This document shows, piece after piece, positions 52,240-64,000 of a stretch of DNA of 64,000 nt. Numbering within the stretch: the stretch's first letter is position 1; the number at the start of each line of letters is the position of its first letter. The notes under the pieces are model-generated. The model was given only the letters and a program-made list of their open reading frames with translations. It had not been told where the DNA came from and ran no database searches. The stretch covers positions 28,830,001 to 28,894,000 of the forward strand of contig NC_043002.1 in assembly GCF_006345805.1 (NCBI RefSeq). The letters run 5' to 3'. This stretch comes from Octopus sinensis. Its lineage: Eukaryota. The position numbers and the translations under genes are program-made.

Positions 52240-53869
52240 GTATGAATGTATATGTTCTTTCTATCCTTTGATTATTCTATTATTCAATTTCCATTTTTGT
52301 AAAGAAAAAAAATCACAGAAATTAAACTGGAGACACAAAGACAAAAATTATATCAGTTTCCAGTTGAAAACAGAATTATATGTCTGAACAAATTTTATAT
52401 TTTGAAAAAAAAAATATCTACATAAATAAATAGAATAAATAAACAGAAAATAATCACATCTCATTGAAAAAAATAAACAAAAACGAAAACTGTAACAATA
52501 CGATCGAGAATAAGAAAGAGAAAAAATTGCTTTGGGAAGAAAAAATGTGTTATTATTATATATCATGTTGCGATCTTTATTTATTTGTTATTATTTATAC
52601 GGTTATTGTTTATTCATCTATATATTTATTTATATATTTTTGCAAATAACTCACTTGTTGTTGTAAAAAGCTTGTAAAAATGGCCGACAAAACAAGTAGT
52701 TGGGAAAGACGTTCCTTGGAGGATTCTAAATTGTCTGAGTTTTCTCGTAAATTTCTCCTTTTGCTCTCTCGCAACACCGTTGACTTTTGTCATAATTCAG
52801 TTATGGCACATTAGTCGAGATTTCAAGGGGAAGGAGCAGGTGGGGTTGGGCAAGAGGAAGCGGAGTAGAAGAGGGGACATGGGGAGATATGGAGTGGATA
52901 GGTAAGGGAACGGAAAGACTGAAAATGAGAGGGGCACACTGGAGATTTGTTACGTATGTGCACACCTACGTGTATACATGAACATAAATATACATACATG
53001 GAGACGCACGCACGTACGCACGCAAGCACGCACTCACAATATATTTTATATCTGCGCATATATGCATTTATATACAAGTGCGGACACATACACGTACATA
53101 TATGTTTTTATGTATGCAGTAAATTCACAAAGTTACTCTAGGCCCGGGAGTTTCGTACATCTATCTAGAAATATATATACATATTCACACACATATATAT
53201 GCCATTTATGTGTGAACTTATACATGATACACACACACACACACCACACACACACACACACATAAATGCAATCCATGATGAACATTGTATAAGAATCGCA
53301 GGAATGATAGAGAAAACGGGATTGGAAAATAGATAAATAAAGGAAAGCAAGAAAAGATAGCAGGAGAGAAAGTGAGAGAAGGAGAGATAAAGAAAAAAAT
53401 GAAGGAAAGAGAGGAGAGACAAAATATGCTGAAAGGACGATGGAACGAAAATCTAAAGAAACATATGTATTCTAGTGGAAAGAGGTTTTGGAGAGTGAGA
53501 TAGGTTGAAAGCCACACAATACAATTTATATACAACTCTTTTCAGTCACTCCTTAACCTGTGAGCAGTGTACCTATCGGTAAATTCTTCCCACATTCTTT
53601 ATCGCTTTAGTGGTTATACACAGACTCTTAGTAAGACTACTTTGAACCCTCCACTTACAGTTCACCATGCAGACATACTAACTACGGAAATACACCAACA
53701 CGCCTCAGACTATACCACTGACATTGTAATTTTCTCTTACACTACTCTCACGCAATACACCTCAAAGATAACCCCTATAATCACCAAAGTCTTCTCTCCT
53801 ATTTTTTCCTGTCACTTTCTTTCTCATACTTTTCTTTCTCCTACATCTTTCTTTTTAGCTTTTCTCTTT

Positions 53870-54727
53870 CTCCCACATCTTTCTTTTTCTCCCACATCTT
53901 AGTTTTTTCTCCCACATTTTTGTCTTTCCCACATCTTAGTTTCTTCTCCCACATCTTAGTTTTTTGTCCCACATCTTAGTTTTTTGTCCCACATCTTAGT
54001 TTTTTCCCCCACATTTTTGTCTTTCCCAACATCTTAGTTTCTTCTCCCACATCTTAGTTTTTTGTCCCACATCTTTGTCTTTCTCCCACATCTTAGTTTT
54101 TTGTCCCACATCTTAGTTTTTTCTCCCACATTTTTGTCTTTCCCCACATCTTAGTTTCTTCTCCCACATCTTAGTTTTTTGTCCCACATCTTAGTTTTTT
54201 GTCCCACATCTTTGTCTTTCTCCCACATCTTAGTTTTTTGTCCCACATCTTAGTTTTTTCTCCCACATTTTTGTCTTTCCCCACATCTTAGTTTCTTCTC
54301 CCACATCTTAGTTTTTTGTCCCACATCTTAGTTTTTTGTCCCACATCTTTGTCTTTCTCCCACATCTTAGTTTTTTGTCCCACATCTTAGTTTTTTCTCC
54401 CACATTTTTGTCTTTCCCCACATCTTAGTTTTTTCTCCCACATCTTAGTTTTTTTGTCCCACATCTTAGTTTTTTGTCCCACATCTTTGTCTTTCTCCCA
54501 CATCTTAGTTTTTTGTCCCACATCTTAGTTTTTTCTCCCACATTTTTGTCTTTCCCCACATCTTAGTTTCTTCTCCCACATCTTAGTTTTTTGTCCCACA
54601 TCTTTGTCTTTCTCCCACATCTTAGTTTTTTGTCCCACATCTTAGTTTTTTCTCCCACATTTTTGTCTTTCCCCACATCTTAGTTTCTTCTCCCACATCT
54701 TAGTTTTTTGTCCCACATCTTTATCTT
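53870..54727. repeat. Minisatellite (18-20-bp CCCACAT... monomers) organised as a 137-bp higher-order repeat
   Basis: Monomer variants recur in fixed order A-A-B-A-C-D-E (20+20+19+20+20+18+20 = 137 bp; e.g. starts at 54163 and 54300), with 6-mer variants. Confidence 0.92.
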
Positions 54728-56017
54728 TCTCACTCGTTTTCTCCTGTTTCTCTTCAGGAATATATACTGGAGTTTGAAAATTCTTCAGTGTGTTCCATTT
54801 ACAAGGAAGCAAATTCAGTGTCTACATAGACAATGTTGGGCATGAGCATTTCGTCACTTTTCTATGTCTAATAAAAAACACAATATGTCCATCATTTTTT
54901 TTAGACAGTAGGGTCCGATGATTGATATTTGGCTGCACCGAGCGACTGCATAGTAGTTCCCGCATTGGCAGCCATTAGTAGTGTTTATGTTACTGTTATT
55001 AGCAATGCTGGTTGTTACGATGTTGTTGATTCTAGTAAGGAAAGATAAATCTTAGTTGTTTTCATTGTTCTTTCCGTCTTGTTTCCAAGTAAAGTCAAAC
55101 ATGAGAGATACAGAACAGACATTATTTTAATGGCTAAAAAATAAACTAATGGTATGAAGAACAAGTTTACGGTGACATGACACCACACACACACACGAGA
55201 ACAAAAGCAGATGCATGCTTTTACAAATACAGTAATACGTACATATACATACTAGATACATACATGCACACACACACATGCATGCACTCATACACACATA
55301 CACACAAACACACACTCACAAGCACACATATAGGCATACATGTATGTTTACATGTATGCATGTGTGTCTAAATATATGGAAGTATGTTAGTATATATGTG
55401 CTGTACCCATGTCTTTTTCTATTTACGTAGGCAATATCTGTGCAAAGCTTTTCCTGTATGGATGGATGTTAAAATAATGAGACTGGAGAGGATAATAAAG
55501 AAAAGATAAGATATTAGCATAGGTAGATAAACAGATACAGTGTTAGATATATGGATTGACAGATAGTCAAGCAGGTGCTCATTTTACTCTCTCTCTCTCT
55601 CCGTTTATATATATATATATAGATATATATATATATATATATATATAAATATATACATATATGTATATGCACACACACACACATATATATATATATAACT
55701 GTACGTTTAATATTACAGAAGTGGTTTAAAGATTTGACATGGGTATTCATTATACTTAGATCTGCAAGATGTTCATATGTACACACACACAAACAACAAA
55801 GCACAACACTCTCACACATACACAAATACGTATTTTAAAAATAAATTAAACATACATAACATTGTACGTCTATACAATTGCATTTCTTTTCAAACATGTG
55901 TGTTTATGTATGTGTGTATGTATGTATGTATGTATGTATGTATGTATGTATGTATGTATGTATGTATGCATGCATGCATGCATGCATTCATGAATTTCTG
56001 TATGTATGTATATATTC

Positions 56018-56048
<31 letters not shown>

Positions 56049-56289
56049 TATACATATATGTATATAGATATACACATATATATGTAAATATATATATGTA
56101 TATATATACATACATACACACATATACATATATGTATATGCACACACACACACATAAATATATATGTAACGATACAATCATATATATGTTTACATTTCTT
56201 TTAATATATCTGCATGAATACACGTACAGCCACGCATACAACCTCACATATATGCGCATACACACACACACACACAACACACACACACA

Positions 56290-56345
<56 letters not shown>

Positions 56346-57879
56346 GTTTATTAAATTTAAACATGCAAATTATTTTACCTACACTCGTAATTGCTTTTTT
56401 ACATGGTTGTACATCGTAGATGCTGTGTGTATGTGTGTATGCGTGTGTATGTGTGCATATGTGTGTATATGTGTGTTCGCATCTATGTATGAATATGTGT
56501 ATTTGTTCTTGCATTTTCTTATTTCGATAGGTAGATGTGAATTTAAATGAGAATGAAGTTATAAAGAGGTTTGGTTGCTAGTTTTTATGCTTATATTCCT
56601 ATACAAAAGGTAAATAAAATTACAATTATTTAAAACATAAATAAAAATAAATAAATAATATGTCGAAAAAAATCAAGATAAAAAAAGCAAAATAATGTAT
56701 AATACAATCAAATATACAAGAATGCAGTAAAAAAAATCTATACAAGTTTAAAAATAACAAAACAACAACAGGAGCTCTAAAGAAATATAATGTATTAAAC
56801 TGGAAGTGAAAGCGAGACCAAATGAGATGCCAGAAATTTCTAGGTTTTCTAGTTGAAGTGAAAGTGTTCACTGCTGTTTATGTCTTTATATATTTTACTG
56901 TCCCCCGTAGAATGGATATAAACATATTTTACTGGCATAGAGAACATGGCAAATGTTTCATTAGCAGCGCACCATTGGAGAAAGCAGGTAGAAAAACAGA
57001 GATGGGGGAGGGAGAGAGAGGTGCCAGTAGGCGATATGGTAAATAATTGAATTCGTTGGAATTGTTGTTGTTGTTGTTGTACTTGTTGTTAATAGGGGGG
57101 GATATAAATTCGAGAGTCGGTGCCAAAGTTATAAGAAGCTGCATAACTTGCCGACGGAAAAATGGTGGTTTGATTGAGCTGGCTGTGCAGACCTCTTCGA
57201 AAAACTCTGCCACCTCAGCATTCATCGTTCTCCGTTACCATCACTGCGAACTTTATTTTAACCACAAAAGCATCTCCTACGACAAAGGGTTACCATTTAT
57301 GTTGATTAAAAGAACTACAATTACCATAGAAAGTATATAGAAGAAATTATTACAGTGAGTAAAACAAGTTCGACGTCATAGTTAAACGAATAATCCTTTA
57401 TGCCAGATTGCAATCGTTAGGGAAAAAATATAAGATTTTCTAAAACAAGTACATAACAAATTAGCATAATTAGAGTTGGAATAATCTGGGTGTACAATAT
57501 AAGGATATTGAGGAAACCAAGAAACAAAACATTGGGTATAATAGTGACTGAAGACGCAAGGGGTTATGGTTAAGGAATTAAAGATAATGAATGACTTCAG
57601 AAGGGGAATAGTTTGATAAGCAAGACGAAAGAAGCAATATTTATAGATGAACGTATGCATCTGTATGTTTGTATGCATTTATATTTGTATGTATTTGTGT
57701 ATGTATACATATTTAGTTTTGGCTACTTTGAGTTTCGCACCGGATTGAGCTATTCACGACAGTGAAACTCAAAGAAGACTGTCGACATTTTTCATACAAT
57801 GAGTTCTATCCTTTCTACATAAAATATCTAAGAACAGATTTCTCTTCTGTTGAATATAATGAAGAGATTAACAACCTGT

Positions 57880-58530
57880 CTCAGATATGTCCTAGTTATT
57901 TTCAGATAATTCTCGTAGTACTGGAAGCCATCGGAATTATATGCATCTTCTGGAGGAAGCTATTATTTCCAGACAGCTTCTGAAGTCTGAGAATCTCAAG
58001 GTCTTAGAGCATCTATTGTCAAAGGTTAATAATCTACAGGAGATTGGTTGAAGCATCAGCACAGACCGAAAACATGCACAATCTTCCTCGATGCATAAGA
58101 AATGTGATTATGGTCTTGAAAATCTTCCGGTGAGACCAATTATCAAAACACGTTTGATGTTTCCTACATAGGTTTCATATCCTTAATGTGGACTGAACTC
58201 CAACATGAATAATTCACTTGATTCAAGGCGAAAAACAACAAGTGAATTTCACCAACGTTTACAGATACAGAGAGAAAGATTAGAGTTAATATCTCATTAT
58301 CGGTTCACAGTGCACTGAAAATAAAGTTTGACTACTCAACTTCTTTGTTTATTTGTAGCAAACTCAAAATTCTTGGTACCCCTGGTGTGTACTAAAATGC
58401 CTTTTTTTTAAAATTATGCAAGAGAAGGATATACTAAACATTCCCAGCTGGAGCTTAAATTATTGCCTTCTAATACATATGAACTTCACAAAATTTATAT
58501 TGTTACGAATCTTTGCACAAGCAAACCCAT
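57880..58530 (+). pseudogene. Possible ancient Penelope-like RT remnant
   Basis: YGL...ENLPVRPII (about 58090-58145, cf. YGLPKxHKxxxPxRPII) and IVTNLCTSKP (about 58500, cf. DVTSLYTNIP) are in the expected order and spacing; otherwise very degenerate. Confidence 0.4.
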
Positions 58531-59113
58531 CTTAATTTTTTCCAGTGTATTCTTGAGGGTAATCTCTATGTGAAGAGCACATAGAATAATTCCATGGAAT
58601 TTCTAACACTAAGTATCAAGTTGTATCCAATTCACAACCTTTGGTTTGTAGATCAGCAGTGACTGATACCCTAACAAATCTGCGGCCGCTGGGTAGCTGC
58701 TATATTTATTACGTTCTATCTACTTATCACTGTATATGATTTCTCACTCACACGTATGGTAATCATTTGAGAAGAGATCTCCGCGAGTTTCATAAAATTA
58801 GATACCACAAAAGCGAAAAATGTATTTTTTAACTCAAAATAAAAAACAATTTTTTTCATTATCGCTCAAATGATGAATAGAATTTAAAAAAATCGAATTC
58901 CTTTCTTAAATATGGCTTATCGATCGCCAAACGGTGAAACGCAATTTTAACGTTTGTAAAATTTGAACTCGGAGGACTGGGAGTTGGAACTAATACCATA
59001 GGTTATACTGTCCTACGTTCTTCCGACTTTGCGATTTATCCGATTTTGAGAAGAGCAAACGAAAATGGGACATTCCGAAAGTACTGATTTTCCGTAGATG
59101 CCTAAAGAAGTTG

Positions 59114-59115
<2 letters not shown>

Positions 59116-59149
<34 letters not shown>

Positions 59150-59519
59150 CTGAAGTTGTCTGTGTATGGCAGGTTTGGTAGCCTTCAACTAACACTATCA
59201 CCTCCGAGACCCTGCGGCGGAAGTTGACCAAAATTGAGAGTATGATAGAAGAAGGCTTGATCTTCCGTAAAAGAAAAAATTCAAATCGGACCGTGTTAAC
59301 ACCAAAAATTATTTACATCAAAAAGGTGCTTTTTTTCTAAGAAAATCCCTATTTTTTACGACTTTTTGACTGCTGTGTCGCTATTTTTCGGTGTATTTCA
59401 ACCAGAAAAGTGTTCACTTAAAAAGAATAACAAGCTACATAATGCAAGATTTTTACTTTTCAAAAATTCCAATTCTAATGGTCGAAACAAAACCGAGCAA
59501 CGCCGGACGATACTGCTAG
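59116..59519 (+). mobile_element. Non-autonomous Helitron (different body, same 3' end)
   Basis: Ends ccgagcaacgccggacgatactgCTAG|T like 21518 and 25922; the 5' end is merged into (TA)n. Confidence 0.75.
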
Positions 59520-60719
59520 TTAATGATAAACATTTTATATTTTCTGCTCCATATAATCATTCTTAATCAATATTTTCATATCCTCGGCATTAACTGTGTT
59601 AACACTAACTTAACAATTATTATATCTAATTCGTATTGTTACTTAAGCATAGGAGAAACTTAGTTAAACAAAACCATTATTCAAAGGGGTTACTAGTAAA
59701 TCTATTCTAGAGCTGCTACTCACCCACAGTATAAGTCACTGCATAGTGGACAATAAGACTACGACGAAAGAATGTAAATAAATTCCACCTAAATAAGTGT
59801 TACATCATAAAACACACGATGTGTATGTGGGCCTATCTGTATGTATTTATATATAAACACATCTTTATACATATGTATATATTTATGCAGACACACATGC
59901 ATATAAACAGGCAGGTTGATAGATAGATAGAATAAATAGATAGATACGTACATACATGCTTGCATGCAAACATTTATCCATCCGTCCACCCATACATACA
60001 TAAAGGCACACATGTACACACATAGATGCAATATATATTCTTCATTTTATCTCACAATCGCTTCTTGTTTTAACTGCCGCCTTCCATGCAACAAACACTA
60101 ATTAAAACAAGATGCAACTAATCTCACCTCACACTCCACTTCACTTCACTTCACTCACCTCCCATCTACTTTCCCCATCCCTCACTTACACCTGTCTTCT
60201 CACGGTAAGAATCACAGCAAGACACCGCGTTACAAAGAAACTACGTAATATGGAATTGCCATCTATATCTCTTACATGTCAATTTAGTAACTGTAAAGTT
60301 AATGCCTTCGAATGTGTGTTTGGTGAAAATCTTCCAACATATATGTGTACTGGTTTAATTGTTATAATGAAACGTGATAGTCTAAATTGATTGTTAATAA
60401 TGATTTCCAACATTAGCAGAACGTTCCACACATCTTTAAGGAAGGAACGCTGTCCATTAAATCAACCACATTACTTTACTGTTGTACATATTTAATCAAC
60501 ATCCGAAGGGATGAAAATCTAAGTCGACCTCAGCGGTATTTGAATTCAACAACTGGAAGAAAAATAATCAAATACCCAGAATCAATTAAGACTTATATTT
60601 TATTGTTGTTTTCCCCACCCTCAAATACGCTGTCTTTTTATTATTAATATATATTATAATATCCATAGAGCAATTTGGTAGAGTGGTGAGAGCGCCGGGG
60701 AAACTTACCAATCAATGGC

Positions 60720-61629
60720 AATAATGTGATGAAAGACAATGCCCTTACGATTAGCAAATACTGGACGCTTCTAGTGGACTGCTGCGTTGAATTTGCTGAG
60801 ATGGTCACAGTACACATCTAAGTTGATTGTCCTGTACATGGGTTGAAGCTCGTAAAAGGCAACACCCTTTGAATCCAACCAAATTGAATGCATAACCTTT
60901 TGGGGGAGGGGTGTAGTCTTGCTTCGGAGGTTGTTCGTGGTGGTCCACCACGCTTCACCATTGATGATTGTTTGCGCTTCACAATAGTGTAGACAATCCA
61001 TTCTTCGTACCCTGTCACCGCTTTCTCTACAAGTAAGAAAAAAAAGTTTGTTTTCTTCATTTTTCTGAAACAATTCGTGGATGGAAATCTGTTTGGCGAG
61101 GTTAACCTTATTCAGTTGATGTCAGAGCATTCTGACGTAATTAAATATTTATGTAGAAGTTTGTTTACAAATCTCGATTTCAATATTTGGGTGAACACCA
61201 ATGATTTTCCTGTTCATATAACGTGGTGTGATATCGCTGTTAATCTTAGTTAGCTAGCCAGAGCGAATTGAATCTTGCGCAAATAAACTTCCTGATCCAA
61301 ATCTCGAAAACCAACATACGGCACATATGTTTCGTTGCAGCATTCTCTTCGTATACGGCGCAAATTCTCCTGAAGCTTTCTAACTCTTTCTTGCACATTT
61401 TGAGATAAAATAAAAATGATGCGTCGATAATGTTCGCTTACACTCTCCATTTTTTAGGGTGATACCAAACACATAAAATACGACCTCTTCCACCGCAAGT
61501 TCACGTCGAACATTGGAGTGCTAGGCACCTAACGAGTTCCCATGCACAAGCTAAAGCTAGTTACTAATTAGAAAGCATATTGAAATTAAGTGTCTACAAA
61601 AAACCGAATGGGCTTTTGGGGTAACCCAA
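60720..61629 (-). mobile_element. Degenerate mariner element (5' TIR plus transposase remnant)
   Basis: Minus: TA|TTGGGTTACCCCAAAAGCCCATTCGG TIR-like start; MESVSEHYRRII.. N-terminus; VTGYEEWIVY (TGDEKW), KVMHSIWLDSKG, TINLDVYCDHL, GIVFHH motifs. Confidence 0.82.
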
Positions 61630-61887
61630 TAATTGAGTTTTATTAACGAGTGTCTATGTGTACGTGTGTGCATGACTCAGTATGTGCGTATGTTTGTGTG
61701 TATGCCTGTGTTTACATTTCCTGTGATATAAGTCATGTCAACATCCAAAGTAATTATCTGAATCTCTGACACGTGTTTACAAAAATATATTTTACGAGGT
61801 ATTTGATTTCGAAGCATGTAGTAACTGCGGATTGGTATATTTTACCAACCAAGATGCTCGCTGGCTGGCTAAGAATGACACTGCGAG

Positions 61888-61919
<32 letters not shown>

Positions 61920-62261
61920 TGTATGTATGTATGTATGTATGTATGTATGTATGTATGTATGTATGTATGCATGTATGTATGTATGTATGTATGTATGAAT
62001 GCATGCATGTGTGTATAAATTATGTATTTCATTATTCTGTTTATTTCAAGATTTCAACAGAGAAAGAACTGGTTTCTAATCAAGGTCCAAGACACCCTTC
62101 ATTGGAATTTCAACATCAACAGCGGGGTATTTTTGTATGTATGTATGTATGTGTATGTATGTATGTATGTATGTATGTATGTATGTATGTATGTATGTAT
62201 GTATGTATGTGTAGATCTGTATGTTTAATGTGTGTATTCCCATGCATATACTTGCATATCT

Positions 62262-63281
62262 AGACATTCTCATATATATTTAAATGATAAACTTCTAAAA
62301 AGTTTTACAGATTTTTACAGTCCCAGTGGCGATTTGGATCTTTGGTCTTCGAATTAGCTTTCTCCTTTCTGGTTTTGAGAATCCTAATTTCTCAAGATTG
62401 GTATTTAAGCAGTGTGTTTCATATCCCAGGGCATCCATAATTACAGGTATAAACCTGAACTTGTGATCTGGATAGAGTAACTGCTGATTTCTGAATAGTT
62501 CAGTATTTTTTCACTGATCTTCAGCTTTATGTTAACATCCGCTGGACAGCTAATTTCCACAATTGTGCACAGTTTTTCTTCTCAATCCCAGATCATTATA
62601 TCTGGTCTGCTGTACTTACATTTTATTGAGAGGTCTCCATTGGTATTCCAAAGTATTCCAACAATACTCCTTTTATTATGAGTGGCTATCGCTTCTACAA
62701 CATTGTGGATTCTTATTTCTTTGTCCTCGGGATTATCCTTCCGACGGATTTCATTATAGAGTGTCTTAGCTACAACGTCATGTCTCGTCGGTAGATAATA
62801 CCGTTATGACATTTTCGGACAACTGCTTATGATGTGGGTGATATCTTCAGTGTGAACTCCACGAATTCTGCATCGGTTGTCACATTTTGCGGCTTTTCCT
62901 GCATCTCTATCCCTTTTGTTCATCAGGTACTTGGTTGATATTTCCTGTTTCTGGATTGCAAAAGCATACCCTTCAAAGTTATAGGTTGTAATCCGGCTAA
63001 TGGTCCATGATTAACTGCTTCGATGATCAATGTTACTATCATTACGGAGCTTTCTACAAACATCCATGTATAGTCTTCTGCACATATAGGATCGTCCTTC
63101 ATCTGATGATACGTTGCGGTAGAGTCGTGCGACTTCTTTGGCCATGTATTCTAGGTTATCAGACAAAGAGTGTTGCTCAAGGAGCTGCCATTCAAGTCTT
63201 GTGATGTTATCAGCCTCATGTATGCAGACTTGGTCAAGGAATGCAATTCGACACTTCGTAGTTAAAAGATATTGCAGAAGA
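62262..63281 (-). mobile_element. 3' portion of RLE-type (R4/NeSL-like) non-LTR retrotransposon, degenerate
   Basis: FEGYAFAIQKQEISTKY...CRIRGVHTEDITHIISSCP (degenerate CCHC)...RHDVVAK...FIPVIMDALG...IATGTVKICKTF. Confidence 0.8.
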
Positions 63282-63357
63282 TATGTGTGTATATATGTAT
63301 GTATGTACGTATGTATGTATGTATGTATGTATGTATGTATGTATGTATGTATGTATG

Positions 63358-63405
<48 letters not shown>

Positions 63406-63458
63406 AAGAATGAGAGAGATTGATAGATAGAATAAATACACCGCATGTCTGTGGGAGT

Positions 63459-63506
<48 letters not shown>

Positions 63507-63739
63507 TGTGTGTGTGTGTGTGTTTGTGAGTGTGTGTGTATGTACCCGTGACTATGTGGGAAGTGTATGTACGTAGAGTAACCTATCATGACCGTTCTAG
63601 AAAAGAAATATAAACGATTGTAAAATGTATTTTTTATACGTATATTGCATATCAATGTATTTCTATATAAGGATGTAGGTGCATAAAAATAGTTATGCAT
63701 TTAGGTATTTATATATATATATATATACCTTTCTGATTA

Positions 63740-63940
<201 letters not shown>

Positions 63941-64000
63941 CTATAAACATGTATATATGTACACGTATGCATATATAAGGTGTATGTGTATGTGTGTGTA

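Noticed and set aside
52676-52815. AAAATGGCCGAC (YY1-like/Kozak) start of a 44-aa ORF MADKTSSWERR...
   Set aside because: Short, no homology recognised, no other promoter evidence.
53870-54727. CRISPR-like array interpretation of the minisatellite
   Set aside because: No unique spacers, eukaryotic context and no cas genes; it is a head-to-tail tandem repeat.
40718-54866. Candidate minus-strand exons with AG/GT boundaries: 54803-54866 (DIESDEMLMPNIVYVDTEFAS), 52655-52734 (NLESSKERLSQLLVLSAIFTSFLQQQ), about 41678-41724, 40718-40755 (GDNTFPSSASLNL)
   Set aside because: Splice phases do not chain between neighbours, I recognise no protein family, and such short AG..GT-bounded open stretches arise by chance. 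RNA-seq would be needed; a sparse host gene cannot be excluded.

Overview
Repeat-dense animal genomic DNA. The SINE families and microsatellite spectrum look like an octopod cephalopod (Octopus); this is an inference from recognition, not a search. I cannot support any host protein-coding gene: nearly all ORFs in the track are translations of microsatellites or transposon debris. Retroelement content: a young 5'-truncated Tx1/L1-clade LINE (157-3848) inside a CTAT microsatellite, plus an old relative (43.7-45.9 kb); three R4/Dong-like RLE-LINE fragments; a Penelope-like element (PLE) RT+GIY-YIG remnant (49.2-50.4 kb) and two older PLE fossils; many tRNA-derived SINEs. DNA-element content: two mariner remnants, several non-autonomous Helitrons, and an 8,486-bp non-autonomous DNA transposon (19921-28406) with 265-bp TIRs and an exact 8-bp TSD. 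Also present are a higher-order minisatellite, several palindromes and a 100-N gap. The most interesting signal is a set of minimal hammerhead-ribozyme motifs from at least three PLE-LTR-like families. One family carries a tRNA-like Pol III head upstream of the hammerhead and sits directly 3' of the Penelope ORF, suggesting a Pol III/hammerhead non-autonomous retroelement unit.
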